Positions 51,301 through 64,000 of a DNA stretch of 64,000 nt are shown here, one piece after another. This DNA comes from Octopus vulgaris. Lineage: Eukaryota. Within the stretch, counting starts at the first letter, position 1. Each line of letters opens with the position of its first letter. The position numbers and the translations under genes are program-made. The notes beneath the pieces are model-generated. The model searched no databases, had not been told where the DNA came from, and was given only the letters and a program-made list of their open reading frames with translations. The DNA is taken from assembly GCA_951406725.2 (NCBI GenBank), contig OX597821.1, positions 113,646,001 to 113,710,000 on the forward strand, written 5' to 3'.

Positions 51301-51602
51301 TGTAATTTCGCCGCCAACGTTAATGTCGGAACCACAAGATGCAGCGATTCTTTTATGGACTGACACCGAAATCAGTGAATTACTTTTCGCAGAATTGCAA
51401 AAGAATGTAAATGATAAAAAGTTTTGTAAAAGATTACAAATTTTGCATGATAAAAATTGTCGCACCTTACGTTACCGTAAATATACAGACGTTTAGTACA
51501 TAAGATATAAAAGTAAACACTGTTCTTAAAAATATTATTACTGCCTTCAACTCAGCATCTAATACATTAACTGTCATCACTAACATAGCCACCTGCACTA
51601 TT

Positions 51603-51648
<46 letters not shown>

Positions 51649-51965
51649 GCGGCAGCAGCAGCAGCGGCGGCGGCGGCAATAACAATTTTTATCTTTACAC
51701 TTTTGGAAGAATAAAATATTTCTCCAGAAGTTCCCAATGCGATATTTCGACATCACCAAGTTGGCAACCTTACAACTAAACTCTAAGATATATTGGTTTC
51801 ATATTCCCGCTGTTTTGCTATGATCTTTTTTCAATGGCCGGAAAGGAAGGAATCTTGCTTACAGAGCAGAATTGATTGTGTAATATACAAACATTTACTC
51901 TTTAATGTAGTAAGTATATATTTCCAAAATAAAGTACAAATAGTCTCCCTCTATAAAATCGAGTA

Positions 51966-51998
<33 letters not shown>

Positions 51999-52514
51999 CA
52001 TTTTATTAAGAAACTTCAAAACGAACAACCACCTTAGCAGCATTTCTTCAGCTTTTTCATTCTAACTTCTAATTCCACCGAGGTCGACTTTGTCTTTCAT
52101 CTCGGGATTGACAAAATAAGTTCCAGTCAATCACTGGGATTGATGTAATCAACTAACCCCTGGCCCTCAAATTTCGGGCTCTGTGTCTATAGTAGTAAGA
52201 ATTATTCATCATCTCATACTAGCAGATTGTAAAATATTTATTCCAAGAATAAACTATAGAAATACGTTTGAATTCAATTTTGAAATTCTACAATAACGCC
52301 CGAAAATGAAAGCAAATTTCCTTCCAGTCATCTCCCCTGTTTTCATTCTGTAATTAACCCATTATTGTTTCTATGACAGCATCAAAAGTTTCTTCCAGCT
52401 CAGAACTATATATATAATGCAGTGGGACTGAACCTGGAACCATGTGGTTGGTAAGCAAGCTACTTACCACACAGCCACTCCTACGTCTATACCTGTTTCA
52501 CTCCTGCAATTTGG

Positions 52515-52586
<72 letters not shown>

Positions 52587-52701
52587 ACACACACACACAC
52601 ACACATACACACTGATAGCTAGATAAGTATTTGTGTATATGGCTAATCAAATGATTAAAGAAGTAAAGAACGCGTATCATATAAATGTAAACACAACTTG
52701 T

Positions 52702-52762
<61 letters not shown>

Positions 52763-52979
52763 TGTGCATGCACGTCCGCTCCAGCCTGGCTTTAGTGTGT
52801 TCGTGTGTCATTTGAAACTCACAAGAATTAGACGCCTGAGACCAAATAGATTCCGCTTTACTTTCACCCAAGCAAGGTTATAATGTGGTTTTTAAAAAAA
52901 GACAAAAACAAACAAACAAAAATAACCAGACAAAAACAAAAACAAAACAAAGACAAAACAAATAAACTTTGTTGCAACA

Positions 52980-55100
52980 TTATTGAGTAAAGTTCTAAGA
53001 TATTTTAAGACGGTTATGATTTCGGAAAGGTTTGTGGTGCGTACAAATGTGTATTCCGGTGTGATGTGTCAATTCCTCATCTGCAGCAACATTGTATCAT
53101 TTTGTCTTAATATTCATAAATGCAATAGCATACTGCATTAATTCTTATGTTATCTACAATTGATATCCCCAACAGAAGATGTAGGCCTACTCTTTATTCT
53201 ATATTTAAACTAATGACATACACCGTTTAAACCAACAACAGAAAGTGTAAATTCTCTGTGGTTTGCTATTAATACTACGATTATAAAGACGCATCTCTAT
53301 CCTTCACTCTATATTTAAATCTAGATCTCTATGTATAGGTGGTTTTCCACCTCAAAATGTCTCGGCCAAAGTTCAAAGAGAACACCATCTGTAAAGTATT
53401 CTGCAAAAGCTATAAAGAAAGAAGTACTGCAATCTGGAGAAACGGAAGTTCGATAGGTTCATTTAGTTCGTATCAGGGTTTAAGCTGTTGTGATACAATT
53501 ACAGGAATCAGAAACAAAAGGACAACATTGTTTGAATTAAATAGATAAAGGAATGTTGCAAGAGAATAAGCGATCGGAAAAGGATAATTTATTTATGGCG
53601 AGCCACTGAATAGCTCAACCAGTTACTGAACGATGACGGGAATATTATTAGGGGAGGCTGTCTCTCGTGTCAGTTCGCAGCGTCTCGTTTTCCGGTCTCT
53701 GCTGCTGAAGAGGAGATAACAACTCCGAAATGCATCTGTTTAGGGAGAGCTGTGAGCTAACTTGGTGTATTTATACCTATTTGACTACAACAAGAAGATT
53801 TCTCCATGACAAAATACATGAATGGCTTTCTTGCGAGTTCGGATATGTCTCAAGCGGATTTGAACTAGTAACAAGTACACTGTTATGTAGTTTAAATGGA
53901 AGCAGGGGTCTAAGAAATATATACTAGATGATGGGTGATTTTTCTTTTCATAACACCACTAAATGCACAGCACAAGTCTTACACAGACAATCCAAAAGTG
54001 ACCATGGGGCAAAATAAGTAAATGGTGTTAGCGTTGTGGTGCCTGAAGAAATATCAGATTTAAGCTACTCAGTAGGTAAAGTTGAATTGCTATTTTCAAA
54101 CATACAATCTCGCAGTTGAGACGACATTTGAAACTGGCAAGAACATGATATATAAAATCCAGGGAGAGGCTACCACTTAAAGGGCATTCCCTGTATACAA
54201 GGTTAAAACGCGCCAAAAGATATTCTGGAAACTTTTTTAAGAAACTGAAACCAACTACGATGGGTACCCATTTTATAGTAGGTATAAACAGAAAGATGGA
54301 GGCAAGATAACATATCTATAAGTTCAAGGAGAGGAGCTCACTTTGAACAGTCATTAGGTAGTCCCTCTCAGTAATTTGTTGCGTAACTTTCTAAAGGTAC
54401 TCTTCAGTGCTAAGTACAACAGCTCTGTGACAGCACTCATATGTGTCACAAAGTATGCTAATAAGGGCAGTGACATAGATATCTTTGTTACTGATACGGA
54501 TTGAGCGGAGGTTGGATTTAGTCAAACGGTGTTAGACAGGCTTGTGCATTCCCTGTAACGGAGGTACCTGGTGGAGTATTTATATTTGGCATCGAAAAAA
54601 AATGCAGTCAATTTGAAAGATGCACAGACAGTACACTTCACCGGGATTGTAGCTCGTCAGTTCAGTCCGCCCAGGCACCATTTAAGATTACTTTAATCTG
54701 CTCTTTTCAAGCCCCGTCAAGACGTCGAATCTGCTCAAATTCTCCTTTTTGTATGAAGAGATCCTAATCCATTTCATCTGGACTAATGAAAAGAAACGGT
54801 GTCGTTGGAAGTAGGATCAAGAGGTTGAAGAACACGAATAAGACAACAAAAAGCGATGTTATGGGACGTGTTAATACTGTGCCCTACGGCTACTTCAGAG
54901 TGTGTTTGCGTGCGGCTACATCTTTAGATTTTTCAAGAACCGACATTATCTGAGCTTTGCATGAAGGATTTGCTCAATGCATTAAGAAGCATGATGACTT
55001 CATGTACATCTACAAAACAATGAATATTGGAAACCGACCGAAGGGAGCTGCAGTTACTCGATTGGTCAGTTAGATATGATAGATGTTTGCTATTATTCCC
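52980..55100 (+). pseudogene. possible heavily decayed Penelope-like element(s)
   Basis: Vestiges resembling GIY-YIG C-terminus (KFKE.., ELNR) upstream of the 53705 hammerhead and RT vestiges (LGSPL) downstream; many stops. Confidence 0.35.
53701..53740 (+). ncRNA. hammerhead core with decayed stem I
   Basis: CUGAAGA 53705-53711, GGAG/CUCC, GAAA 53727-53730, palindromic AUGCAU, AUC site. Confidence 0.6.
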
Positions 55101-57627
55101 ATAATCTATGAAATAGCTTAGGATGAATACTCAGGGAAAATGTCGGGTAACTTCCCAAAACAAGCCAGAATGAAAATTTTTACATGGCGGATCTTGTCTC
55201 TTTACATTTTATGTTAATACCTCAAGGCAAGCTGGCAGAATCGTTTGCATACCGGGCGAAATTCATAGTGGCATTTCGTCCGTCTTTACGTCCTGCGTTC
55301 AAATTCCGCCCAGATCGACTTTGCCTTTCATCCCTTTGGGGATCGATACAATAAGTACCCTGTTGAGCACTGGGGTCGATGTAATCGACTTATTCCCCAA
55401 CCCCCGAACTCGCTGGCGTTGTGCTAAAATTTGAAACCAATATCTCAAGAACTGGGAACCCTGATAGTCTTTTTATCATACATAATAGCTAAAAGGCAAA
55501 AACCAAGAATATTGTTTATTCTCAAGATTTGGAATGAATTAATGTACGAGAACATTTTACTGTAATTCCCACATTGGTGAGAACTACACCAACATCTTAT
55601 TTTGTCGGTCAAATAATTCGTCTTATGTACCAAAATCTGTATATTATTTTTCATAGTATTACTTCGATACAACAACCAGGCAGCACAGAGCTTCTTTGTT
55701 AGTACGAAAATAATATAGTGTTAAGATGAAGGCAGCGAGCTGGCAGAATCTTTAGCACGCCGGGCGAAATGCTTAGCAGTATTTCGTCTGTCTTTACGTT
55801 CTGAGTTCAAATTCCGCCGAGATCAAATTTGCCTTTCATCCTTTCGGGATCGATAAATTAAGTATCAGTTGCGTACTGAGGTCGATCTAATCGACTGCCC
55901 CTCCTCCACACCACCAGAATTTCGGGCCTTATGCCAAGAGTAGAAAAGAATATAGAGTTAAGATTTTATGCTGAAAGTTGTTTTCCTTTTGCTAAATTTT
56001 TCTTAAATATAATTTCAAACTAAACAATTTTTGTTTATTTCCCACGGAAGTACAAGGTCTTATATTGCTTCCAGCACTGTTCAATAACGAACGGAAACAG
56101 AAATCATTAACGGAATTTTAGTGTAATTAAGCAAAAACTCAATTCGAAGGCGTCTTCTAATTAATCTCTCTTTCTCTCTATACATATCTAAGGGCGCAGG
56201 CGTGGCTGTGTGGTAAGAACCTTGTTTCCCAGCCATACATCTCCGAGTTCAGTTCCACTACGTGACACCTTGGGCAAGTGTCTTCTGCTATAGCCTCGGG
56301 CAACCAAAGCCTTGTGAGTGGATTTGGAATACGGAAACTGAAAGAAGCCTGTCGTGTGTGTGTGTGTGTTTATCCCCCCCACCACCACCACTTGACAAGC
56401 GATGTTGGTGTGTTTACGTCTCCGTAGCTTGTCAGTTCCACAAAAGAGACCAATAGAATAAGTACTAGGCTTAAAAAAAAATCAGAACTGGGGTGGATTT
56501 CTTCGACTAAAATTCTTCAAGATGGCCACAGTCTAATAACTGAAACAAGTCAAAGAATAAAAGGTAAAAAGGTAAAAAATAAAGGATAAAAAAGCGAAAG
56601 GACCAACTCAAAGTCCTCAGCGAAGTCCAGACGCCGTTATGCATGGGTTTAGGAGTTGTTTATATGAGAATAGTCTCTTGATGATGAAAGGATGGATTCG
56701 CTCGAATAAATTGTGGTGAGGCAGTGAGCTGGCAGAATCGGTAGAGCGCTGGGCGAAATGCTTAGCAGTATTTCGTCCATCCCTACGTTCTGAGTTCAAA
56801 TTCTACTGAGGTCGACTTCGCTTTTCATCCTGTAGGGGTCGAAAAAATAATCACTACTGGGGCTGATCCTTTGAATTACAGGTACAAGTAATTTTTGTAT
56901 CTGTGATTACAGGCATGACTCATTTTTGTCGCCTGAGTGGGTTGGAGCAGCGTGAAATGAAGTGTCTTGCTTAAGGACAAGGACAAAACGCGTCGCCAAG
57001 AATCGAACTCACAACCATACGATCATGAACCAAATACCCTAACCACCAAGCCACACACCTTCCCATCAGGATTATGACAGAAGACACTTGCCCAAGGTAC
57101 TGCACAGTGGGACTGAACCCAAAACGTCATTCTTTTCTACTCTAGGCACAAGGCTTGAAATTTTGGGGGGAGGTGGGGGCAGTCGATTAGATCGACCCCA
57201 CTACGCAACTGATACTTAATTTATCGATCTCGAAAGGATGAAGGGCAAAGTCAACCTTGGCGGAATTTGAACTCAGAACGTAAAGCATTTCGCCCGATGT
57301 GCTAACGATTCTGCCAGCTCGCCGCCTTAACAAACGCATATAAACCGGCTTCTGCAAATTTCCTGTCTTCCAAATTATTCTTACAAGATATAAAGTCGCC
57401 ATTAATTAAGCTTTTGTCGAAGTCACTTGCCCATAGTGTCGCACAGTAGGATCGAACACTGAATCGCGGAGTTTCAAAGCAGACTTCTTAACATCACAGA
57501 AATGTTTGCACCTATGTCTTCAGATCCATTGCAAATATCTGATTTATCTCTCTTAATCAAGAAAGTACTCTAAGCAGCAAATTTAATTTACCAAACCATT
57601 TACCAAACACACACACACGCACGCACG

Positions 57628-57704
<77 letters not shown>

Positions 57705-57919
57705 AGCTTCAGGTATCTTCTCCAAATCTTCCTCAAACCCATCCTGCTAAACGTTGTCTAAAAATAAGAAGTAATTAAACATTAAGAGTTCCGAATAAAC
57801 AGTAAAAAAAAAAAAGAAAAAGAAAAGAAAAGAAAAGGACGGGATACTCATGACTGGAACGCCCTCCACTTTGATCATAGATGGGTCTACTCCAACAGGG
57901 CCAACCATGGGCTAATCAC

Positions 57920-57963
<44 letters not shown>

Positions 57964-57985
57964 TTTACTACTACTACATCTTCTT

Positions 57986-58063
<78 letters not shown>

Positions 58064-58095
58064 CTACTACTACTACTACAACAACAACAACAACA

Positions 58096-58137
<42 letters not shown>

Positions 58138-58540
58138 GCTGCTGGCTGGGAACAGACAAGAAGCTCGAAGACATTGACCTGAGAAACCACCAATGCCACT
58201 CTCATAAACAAACGCAAACATCAAATGAGTTGTGATAATAGTCATCATCATCGTTATCATTAATCCCCTCCTGCACCTTATCATCATCATCATCATCATC
58301 ATCATCATGATTATCCTCCTTCTCTTCCTCCTCATCATCCTTATCATCATGATTAACATCGTCGCCATCATTATCATTATCCTCCTCCTCCTCTTCATCA
58401 TTATCATCATTGCCATCATCATTACCACCATCCACATCATTATGATCAGCATCATCGCCTCCACCACCACCACCACTACCACTTCTATCATCATCATCAT
58501 CAGCAGCATCCCTCTCTTTCTCTCTCTCTCTCTCTCACGC
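57920..58540. repeat. compound trinucleotide tract (CTA/CAA/CAT/CCT/CCA) and (CT)n
   Basis: Direct reading. Confidence 0.95.
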
Positions 58541-59210
58541 GTGCGCACATCCAATCTGTACTGAATAACGTGATTATAATTAAATATCTCACATCTCAAA
58601 AAACCATGAATATTTGCTCACGTGCCAATAATTTAGACCACGTGAACTTGAAATCTTTGCTCCGTTAAGCAACTGGATTAGTGTCTTCCGCCATAGAAGA
58701 ACACAGAAAAGAAAAAAATGTACTCTAAACCAAGTGTACTTCACTAGTTTCTATACACAGGGGACCCAGGGTAGAAAAAAAAATGGCCTTTACGTAGATT
58801 TCGTTAATTCTAAATGCTATTATATTTTATCAGTTTACACACACATACACACACATAAACCTACATACACACGCACATACACGCATACACACACGCATAC
58901 ACACACACATAAACCTACATACACACGCACACATACACGCATACACACACGCATACACACACATACTTATTTGATTGTTTTATTTTGTTGACATGAAATC
59001 TTGTGTTGAAACAGATGTTGTATCTTGGGAGGGTCAGATTGCCAACACGACCCTCCCAAGATGCGATAATATACATACATACATACATACATACATACAT
59101 ACATACATACATGCAGATACATACACACACACACATGCACACGTTATATATATTTATATACTATTCTTTATACATATGTATTACATACACACACATTCTA
59201 TCCTCTATAC

Positions 59211-59260
<50 letters not shown>

Positions 59261-59779
59261 CATACACATATATACATTCGTTCTATTCTATTTATTATTT
59301 TATTGGTTTTAGTCACTGGACCGCGGCCATGCGTGAGCATCGCCTTCCCCCCCCCCCCGCTTCTATTAATTTTTTATGACCGTAATTTGAGCCCTACTTG
59401 AATTTGTTGCAGCTGATCTTTTCTAAATGTAACCTTGTATTGTTGACTGGTCTTGTATTCTTGTCAGGAATTTGTTCAGCTTTCCCTTTCAAACAACTGC
59501 CAGCATCACTTTTTATATTTTCAAGGGAGACCGTCTTTAAATGTAGATTGTTACAAAAAATGTCCTTATTCTCGGTGGAGAAGGTGATATATCTGGAATC
59601 TGGTTCTGTCTGTCAATTCTTACATGAAAGTTCTAATAAGACCAAAATTTAAGACACGGCCTTTCAGGATCTTTCCTATATAGATAGCAGTCCCTCTCCC
59701 TCTCTCGCTTTCTCTCTACCACGTTCAAGATAATACAAATGTAGAGCTTTAAGACCTTCCAAATAATTAAGGCGTTTTT

Positions 59780-60860
59780 CTGAAGTTATTCTATTAATAA
59801 CCGTATTCTGTAACCTTCAATTACATTTTTTTTTGCATTGAACTAGGTGTGCTCGGTGTTAAGCACTGTGATCAGTCATTGAAAATAGCCAAAACATAGG
59901 TGTTCCATATGGTCACATAACTATCGATCCTTTTAAGATGACGCTTTGGAAGACCCATTCTGGGAGATGTTTGCTATAAGAGGTCAGTTTAGTAGTAACT
60001 TGGATGAAAGAAGCATCGTTTGAAAAACTTATTCCGAACTCTCTTATTACTTCAGAGATTTGAATTGCTGTAATCACAGGCATAAAATAATTTGTACTGT
60101 GGCCATTTATTTTGTATTTAAGAACTTGAAATTTTGATGCGTTGAGTTCCATATTATTTTCGTTCGCTCATCAATAGTAGAGGTAGTATGGAGGCATAAG
60201 CTGTAACAGCACATCGCCTCATCCACCATTTATTGGCGGGTCCCTACAACTCCTGGTGGACGAAACCTTTTTACCACTCAGAGGATAATCTTCCTACCAA
60301 TGGGTCTGTTTTTTGTCAGTCGTTTCTGTTGAGGGTTTTACGGAGTCAGAGTGCAAATCCGACCCCAACCTCTTTTAGCTGCATTTTACGACACACAGAG
60401 GAAACGCTGGGGCAATTCTTTGACATGCCGGTCCCCACACACTGATAGATAAAATTTGGCTCATTCTCAAATGCATCGGCAACTTTTGCGGTTTTCGTTA
60501 CAATCAATATGTTTATGTCATTGTCAGAAACGTCATGAATACTCGTAAAATTATATACACGATAGCGTGATGGTGAATTGTAGTAACCCGAAGACTGTAC
60601 CTTGAGGTACATCATTTGTTACGGGTGACTTAGAAAAGAAGTCATTGGCAACAATAGCTTGGCTTTTACTATGTAAAAATTCGTTGAGCCATACACCGTG
60701 GTTACCAGCGATACCAAGATTTCTTGATCTATAACAGATGATTCCGCGATCAATCTTGTCAAAGGTTTTAGCGAACTCAAGGTATATGCATTGAACGTCT
60801 ATGTTCTTTTGGAGATCGTTAAAGTTAGTGTTATGATGTTGTAGAGTTGTGTCCAAGAAC
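59780..60860 (-). pseudogene. old CR1-like RT fragment interrupted by a ~270-bp insertion (~60175-60442)
   Basis: IYLEFAKTFDKID, VPQGTVFG, FADAF, MELNASKFQVL motifs with stops and frameshifts. Confidence 0.75.
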
Positions 60861-60869
60861 CATGCTTTG

Positions 60870-60960
<91 letters not shown>

Positions 60961-61472
60961 TTTGCTTAGGCATAGCGATACTGATAACTCACTATAGATG
61001 TGTTTCAGAAAAAAGCGTCATTCGAGTACAGAGCGAAATAAGAAATAAAATTAAAGACAAAGAAACAAGAAATTGTACTGAACTTCGTTATCTTACTGTA
61101 AGATACAGAAACGGCTGTAAGCTAATGATGTTCATTGCACAATTTCTTGTTCCCTTGCCATTTATTTTATGTCTTATATATATATAAGAATATACATACA
61201 TACACACATACTAACACACGTATATATACATATATATGTACATATGCATACATATATATATATATATATGTGTGTGTGTTCATGTATATATAAATACATA
61301 TTTCTATACTTATATATCAACACACACATTTATATATTCGTATATATGCACACACACACATACGTTTATGTATATGAAAATACATATATATATATATATC
61401 CTTATAAGCGCACACATACGTGTCTACATACATATTTTGCACACACACACACACACACATATATATATTTGT

Positions 61473-61522
<50 letters not shown>

Positions 61523-62178
61523 AGGTTCACAACTAACTTCCCGGCAACCCTTTTAATCAAGGCATAATTAGACGAGGGCACTAACCCTAACCCCAAGTTT
61601 CCCGTGATCATTACGAACAGCTTTTCGCTACCATGCCTCACAACAACATACGCATCGATTCACCAGCAACATACCACGAAGGTGGAAACAGACTTTCTTC
61701 ACTTGACCATAATAATAGAAAGATGCAAATACTTAAAACTATATCTGACGCTGCTTACTAACCCCCTAAGGACCCTCTTTCTATGAAGAGCAACTTAATA
61801 GATAACTTACCTTCTCTGAAGAGAATAAAGGGTCCCAGCATGAAAGAGGAAGAAGTAAATATAGTAAAGATGTGCCCTTCACACTTACGTTTCAAGAGAG
61901 GGCCAGGTGGGGACCCAGTGGTTAGGACGTTGATATGTGGCATTGGAGATTGGTTTAACTATTTTCACCTTTGTATTAATTATCATAGTTGAAGAGTTTA
62001 AAAGGGTTTTGAAACAAGTTATATGGTTTCCAATTTTTAGAACAGGTTTCAAGTGAATAAACACAGATGAGTCGTGAAAATTTAATAATGTAAATAAGAA
62101 TTAACATGGCAACAGTCTTGTAGGGAAATACACAGAATTACTACCACGTGACCTTTTTTGATCTGGCAAATGTATATA

Positions 62179-62244
<66 letters not shown>

Positions 62245-62638
62245 TATATATATACATATATATACATATATATATACATATATATACATATATATATACA
62301 TATATATACATATATATATACATATATATACATATATATATACATATATATACATATATATAAATACATATATATATATACATATATATATACGGTTTCG
62401 ATTCCTAGACCGGGCGTTGTGAGTGTTTATTGAGCAAAAACTCCTAAAAAGCTCCACGAGGCTCCGGCAGGGGGTGGTGATCCCTGCTGTACTCTTTCAC
62501 CACACTTTCTCTCACTATTTCTTCTATTGGCCTGCTCGCTTAGCCAGCGGGGTGGCGTCATTCGAAGGCTAAAACAATGCGAACGCATTGTGACCAGCGA
62601 TGTGTAACAACATCTGATGGTCTGGTCGGTCACGTGAT

Positions 62639-62686
<48 letters not shown>

Positions 62687-62723
<37 letters not shown>

Positions 62724-64000
62724 TGTGTACAGTGCTCAGGTGCACTACAACTCATCTAAAGTGTATATATAATCAGGTGTAGTTTCGACGGATTTCGGGA
62801 AGCATGAGGGCCTTAAAGGATGCAGTGTCATGGCAGTCAACAACTGATGCAGGCAGTTTATTCCACGCTTCAGCAACCCTGAGCGTGAAAAAATGTTTCC
62901 GAAAGTCATGGGAGCTGTGCTGTTTTCTGACTTTGTAGGCATGTCCACGTGTGTTAGACACATGGAGATCAAAAAGGTGTTCAGTGTTGTTGTTGGTGAG
63001 GTGGTTGATAACCTTGTGGGTGTTTACCAAGTCCGTCGCTAGACGCCGGAGCTTCAGTGAATCCATGCCCAGGGAAACAAGGCGCTCAGAATATGGTAGG
63101 TGTCTGATGGAGGGTATGCGTTTGGTTGCACGTCTCTGGACAGATTCCAGGAGGTCAATGTTCTGAGCAAGATAGGGATTCCAAACTGATGATGCGAATT
63201 CCAAGTGTGGTCGTACCATAGCTGTATACAGTTTTAAATAGATGGCTGGAGAGCGGCTAACAAAAGTCTTGCTGAGTGATGCCAAGACACCCTCGGCCTT
63301 CTTGACAATTTTAGAGATATGCTTTGTCCAACGCAAATCACTGCTGACAGTGATGCCTAGGTCACGCTCGCAAGAGGATTTCTTGATATCAGTGTTGTGG
63401 AGGGAGTATGTGGACGCAGGGTTTTTTCTCCCAAAATGCATGGTGGTACACTTGTCCACAGCCAGTTTCAGTTGCCAGTCTGTGATCCATTGCTGCATTG
63501 TGTCTAGGTCTGATTGCAGGAAAGAGTTGTAGACATCAGGATCAGTCCTCTTGATTTCAAGGTACAGCTTGATGTCGTCTGCATATTTCAATACTGTGGC
63601 ATTCTTTAAATTGGCATCTATGTCATTAATGTATGCCACAAACAGGAGGGGACCAAGGACAGATCCCTGTGGTACACCCGATGACATCTCATATGGTGTA
63701 GAGTGCTGTCCTAGAACTGTGACTACCTCCTTTCGGCTGAGGATGAAGGATTTCAACCAGTTAAAAAGGTCATCCCCCACACCCATTGCAGAGAGTTTCA
63801 CCGTAAGCCATTTGTGTGGCACAGAGTTGAAAGCCTTAGCAAAGTCAAGGTAGACAACATCCACCCATGAGCCACTGTCAGTGATCTGAGTAATGTCCTC
63901 AAGGAACTCGACAAGCTGGTCACTGCAGCTGGAGTTAGGGAGAAATCCATATTGTGAGGGTCGGATGAGACTGTGAGAGCTCCAGAAGTTCCAGAGTGTT
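62687..64000 (-). mobile_element. young CR1-like LINE, 3' part, runs off the window end
   Basis: Open RT ORF, short 3' UTR, (ATT)n tail; near-identical copy at 17352-17826. Confidence 0.92.
62773..63864 (-). CDS. LINE ORF2 reverse transcriptase, C-terminal portion
   Basis: YLDFAKAF, SGVPQGSVLGPLLF, YADD, RDLGI, VRPHLE, QRRATK motifs with no stops. Confidence 0.92.
   Translation of the reverse strand: MDVVYLDFAKAFNSVPHKWLTVKLSAMGVGDDLFNWLKSFILSRKEVVTVLGQHSTPYEMSSGVPQGSVLGPLLFVAYINDIDANLKNATVLKYADDIKLYLEIKRTDPDVYNSFLQSDLDTMQQWITDWQLKLAVDKCTTMHFGRKNPASTYSLHNTDIKKSSCERDLGITVSSDLRWTKHISKIVKKAEGVLASLSKTFVSRSPAIYLKLYTAMVRPHLEFASSVWNPYLAQNIDLLESVQRRATKRIPSIRHLPYSERLVSLGMDSLKLRRLATDLVNTHKVINHLTNNNTEHLFDLHVSNTRGHAYKVRKQHSSHDFRKHFFTLRVAEAWNKLPASVVDCHDTASFKALMLPEIRRNYT

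Noticed and set aside
61760-61950. Possible further collagen micro-exons on minus (ERGSLGV; GSPPGP) near several GTAAG donors
   Set aside because: Gly-X-Y register not sustained, phases do not join the 48935 exon, implied intron only ~30 nt, and part resembles a SINE head

Overview
AT-rich, microsatellite-dense eukaryotic DNA. The SINE families and (TA)n/(CA)n/(TAA)n load point to a cephalopod, probably Octopus (inference). One host gene is visible: the 3' ten coding exons of a FACIT-like collagen on the minus strand (48935->36461), all GT-AG and in phase. The rest is transposon-derived: a 5'-truncated Penelope-like element (RT + GIY-YIG), stacked Helitrons, a maT-type Tc1/mariner, pogo and mariner relics, a solo LTR, CR1/RTE/R4-type LINE pieces, several MITEs and four SINE families. 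The main hidden signal is non-coding: 14 type-I hammerhead ribozyme (HHR) motifs of roughly ten unrelated families (about six with intact core and stems), mostly beside (TA)n tracts and often in inverted pairs. The best candidate for an undescribed system is a TSD-bounded 490-bp unit (27873-28362) joining a tRNA-derived Pol III head, an (AAT)n linker and an HHR module, with an inverted 5' copy, i.e. a possible Penelope-mobilised 'ribozyme SINE'. All folds and homologies were read by eye; no searches were run. Most ORFs in the track are microsatellite artefacts.
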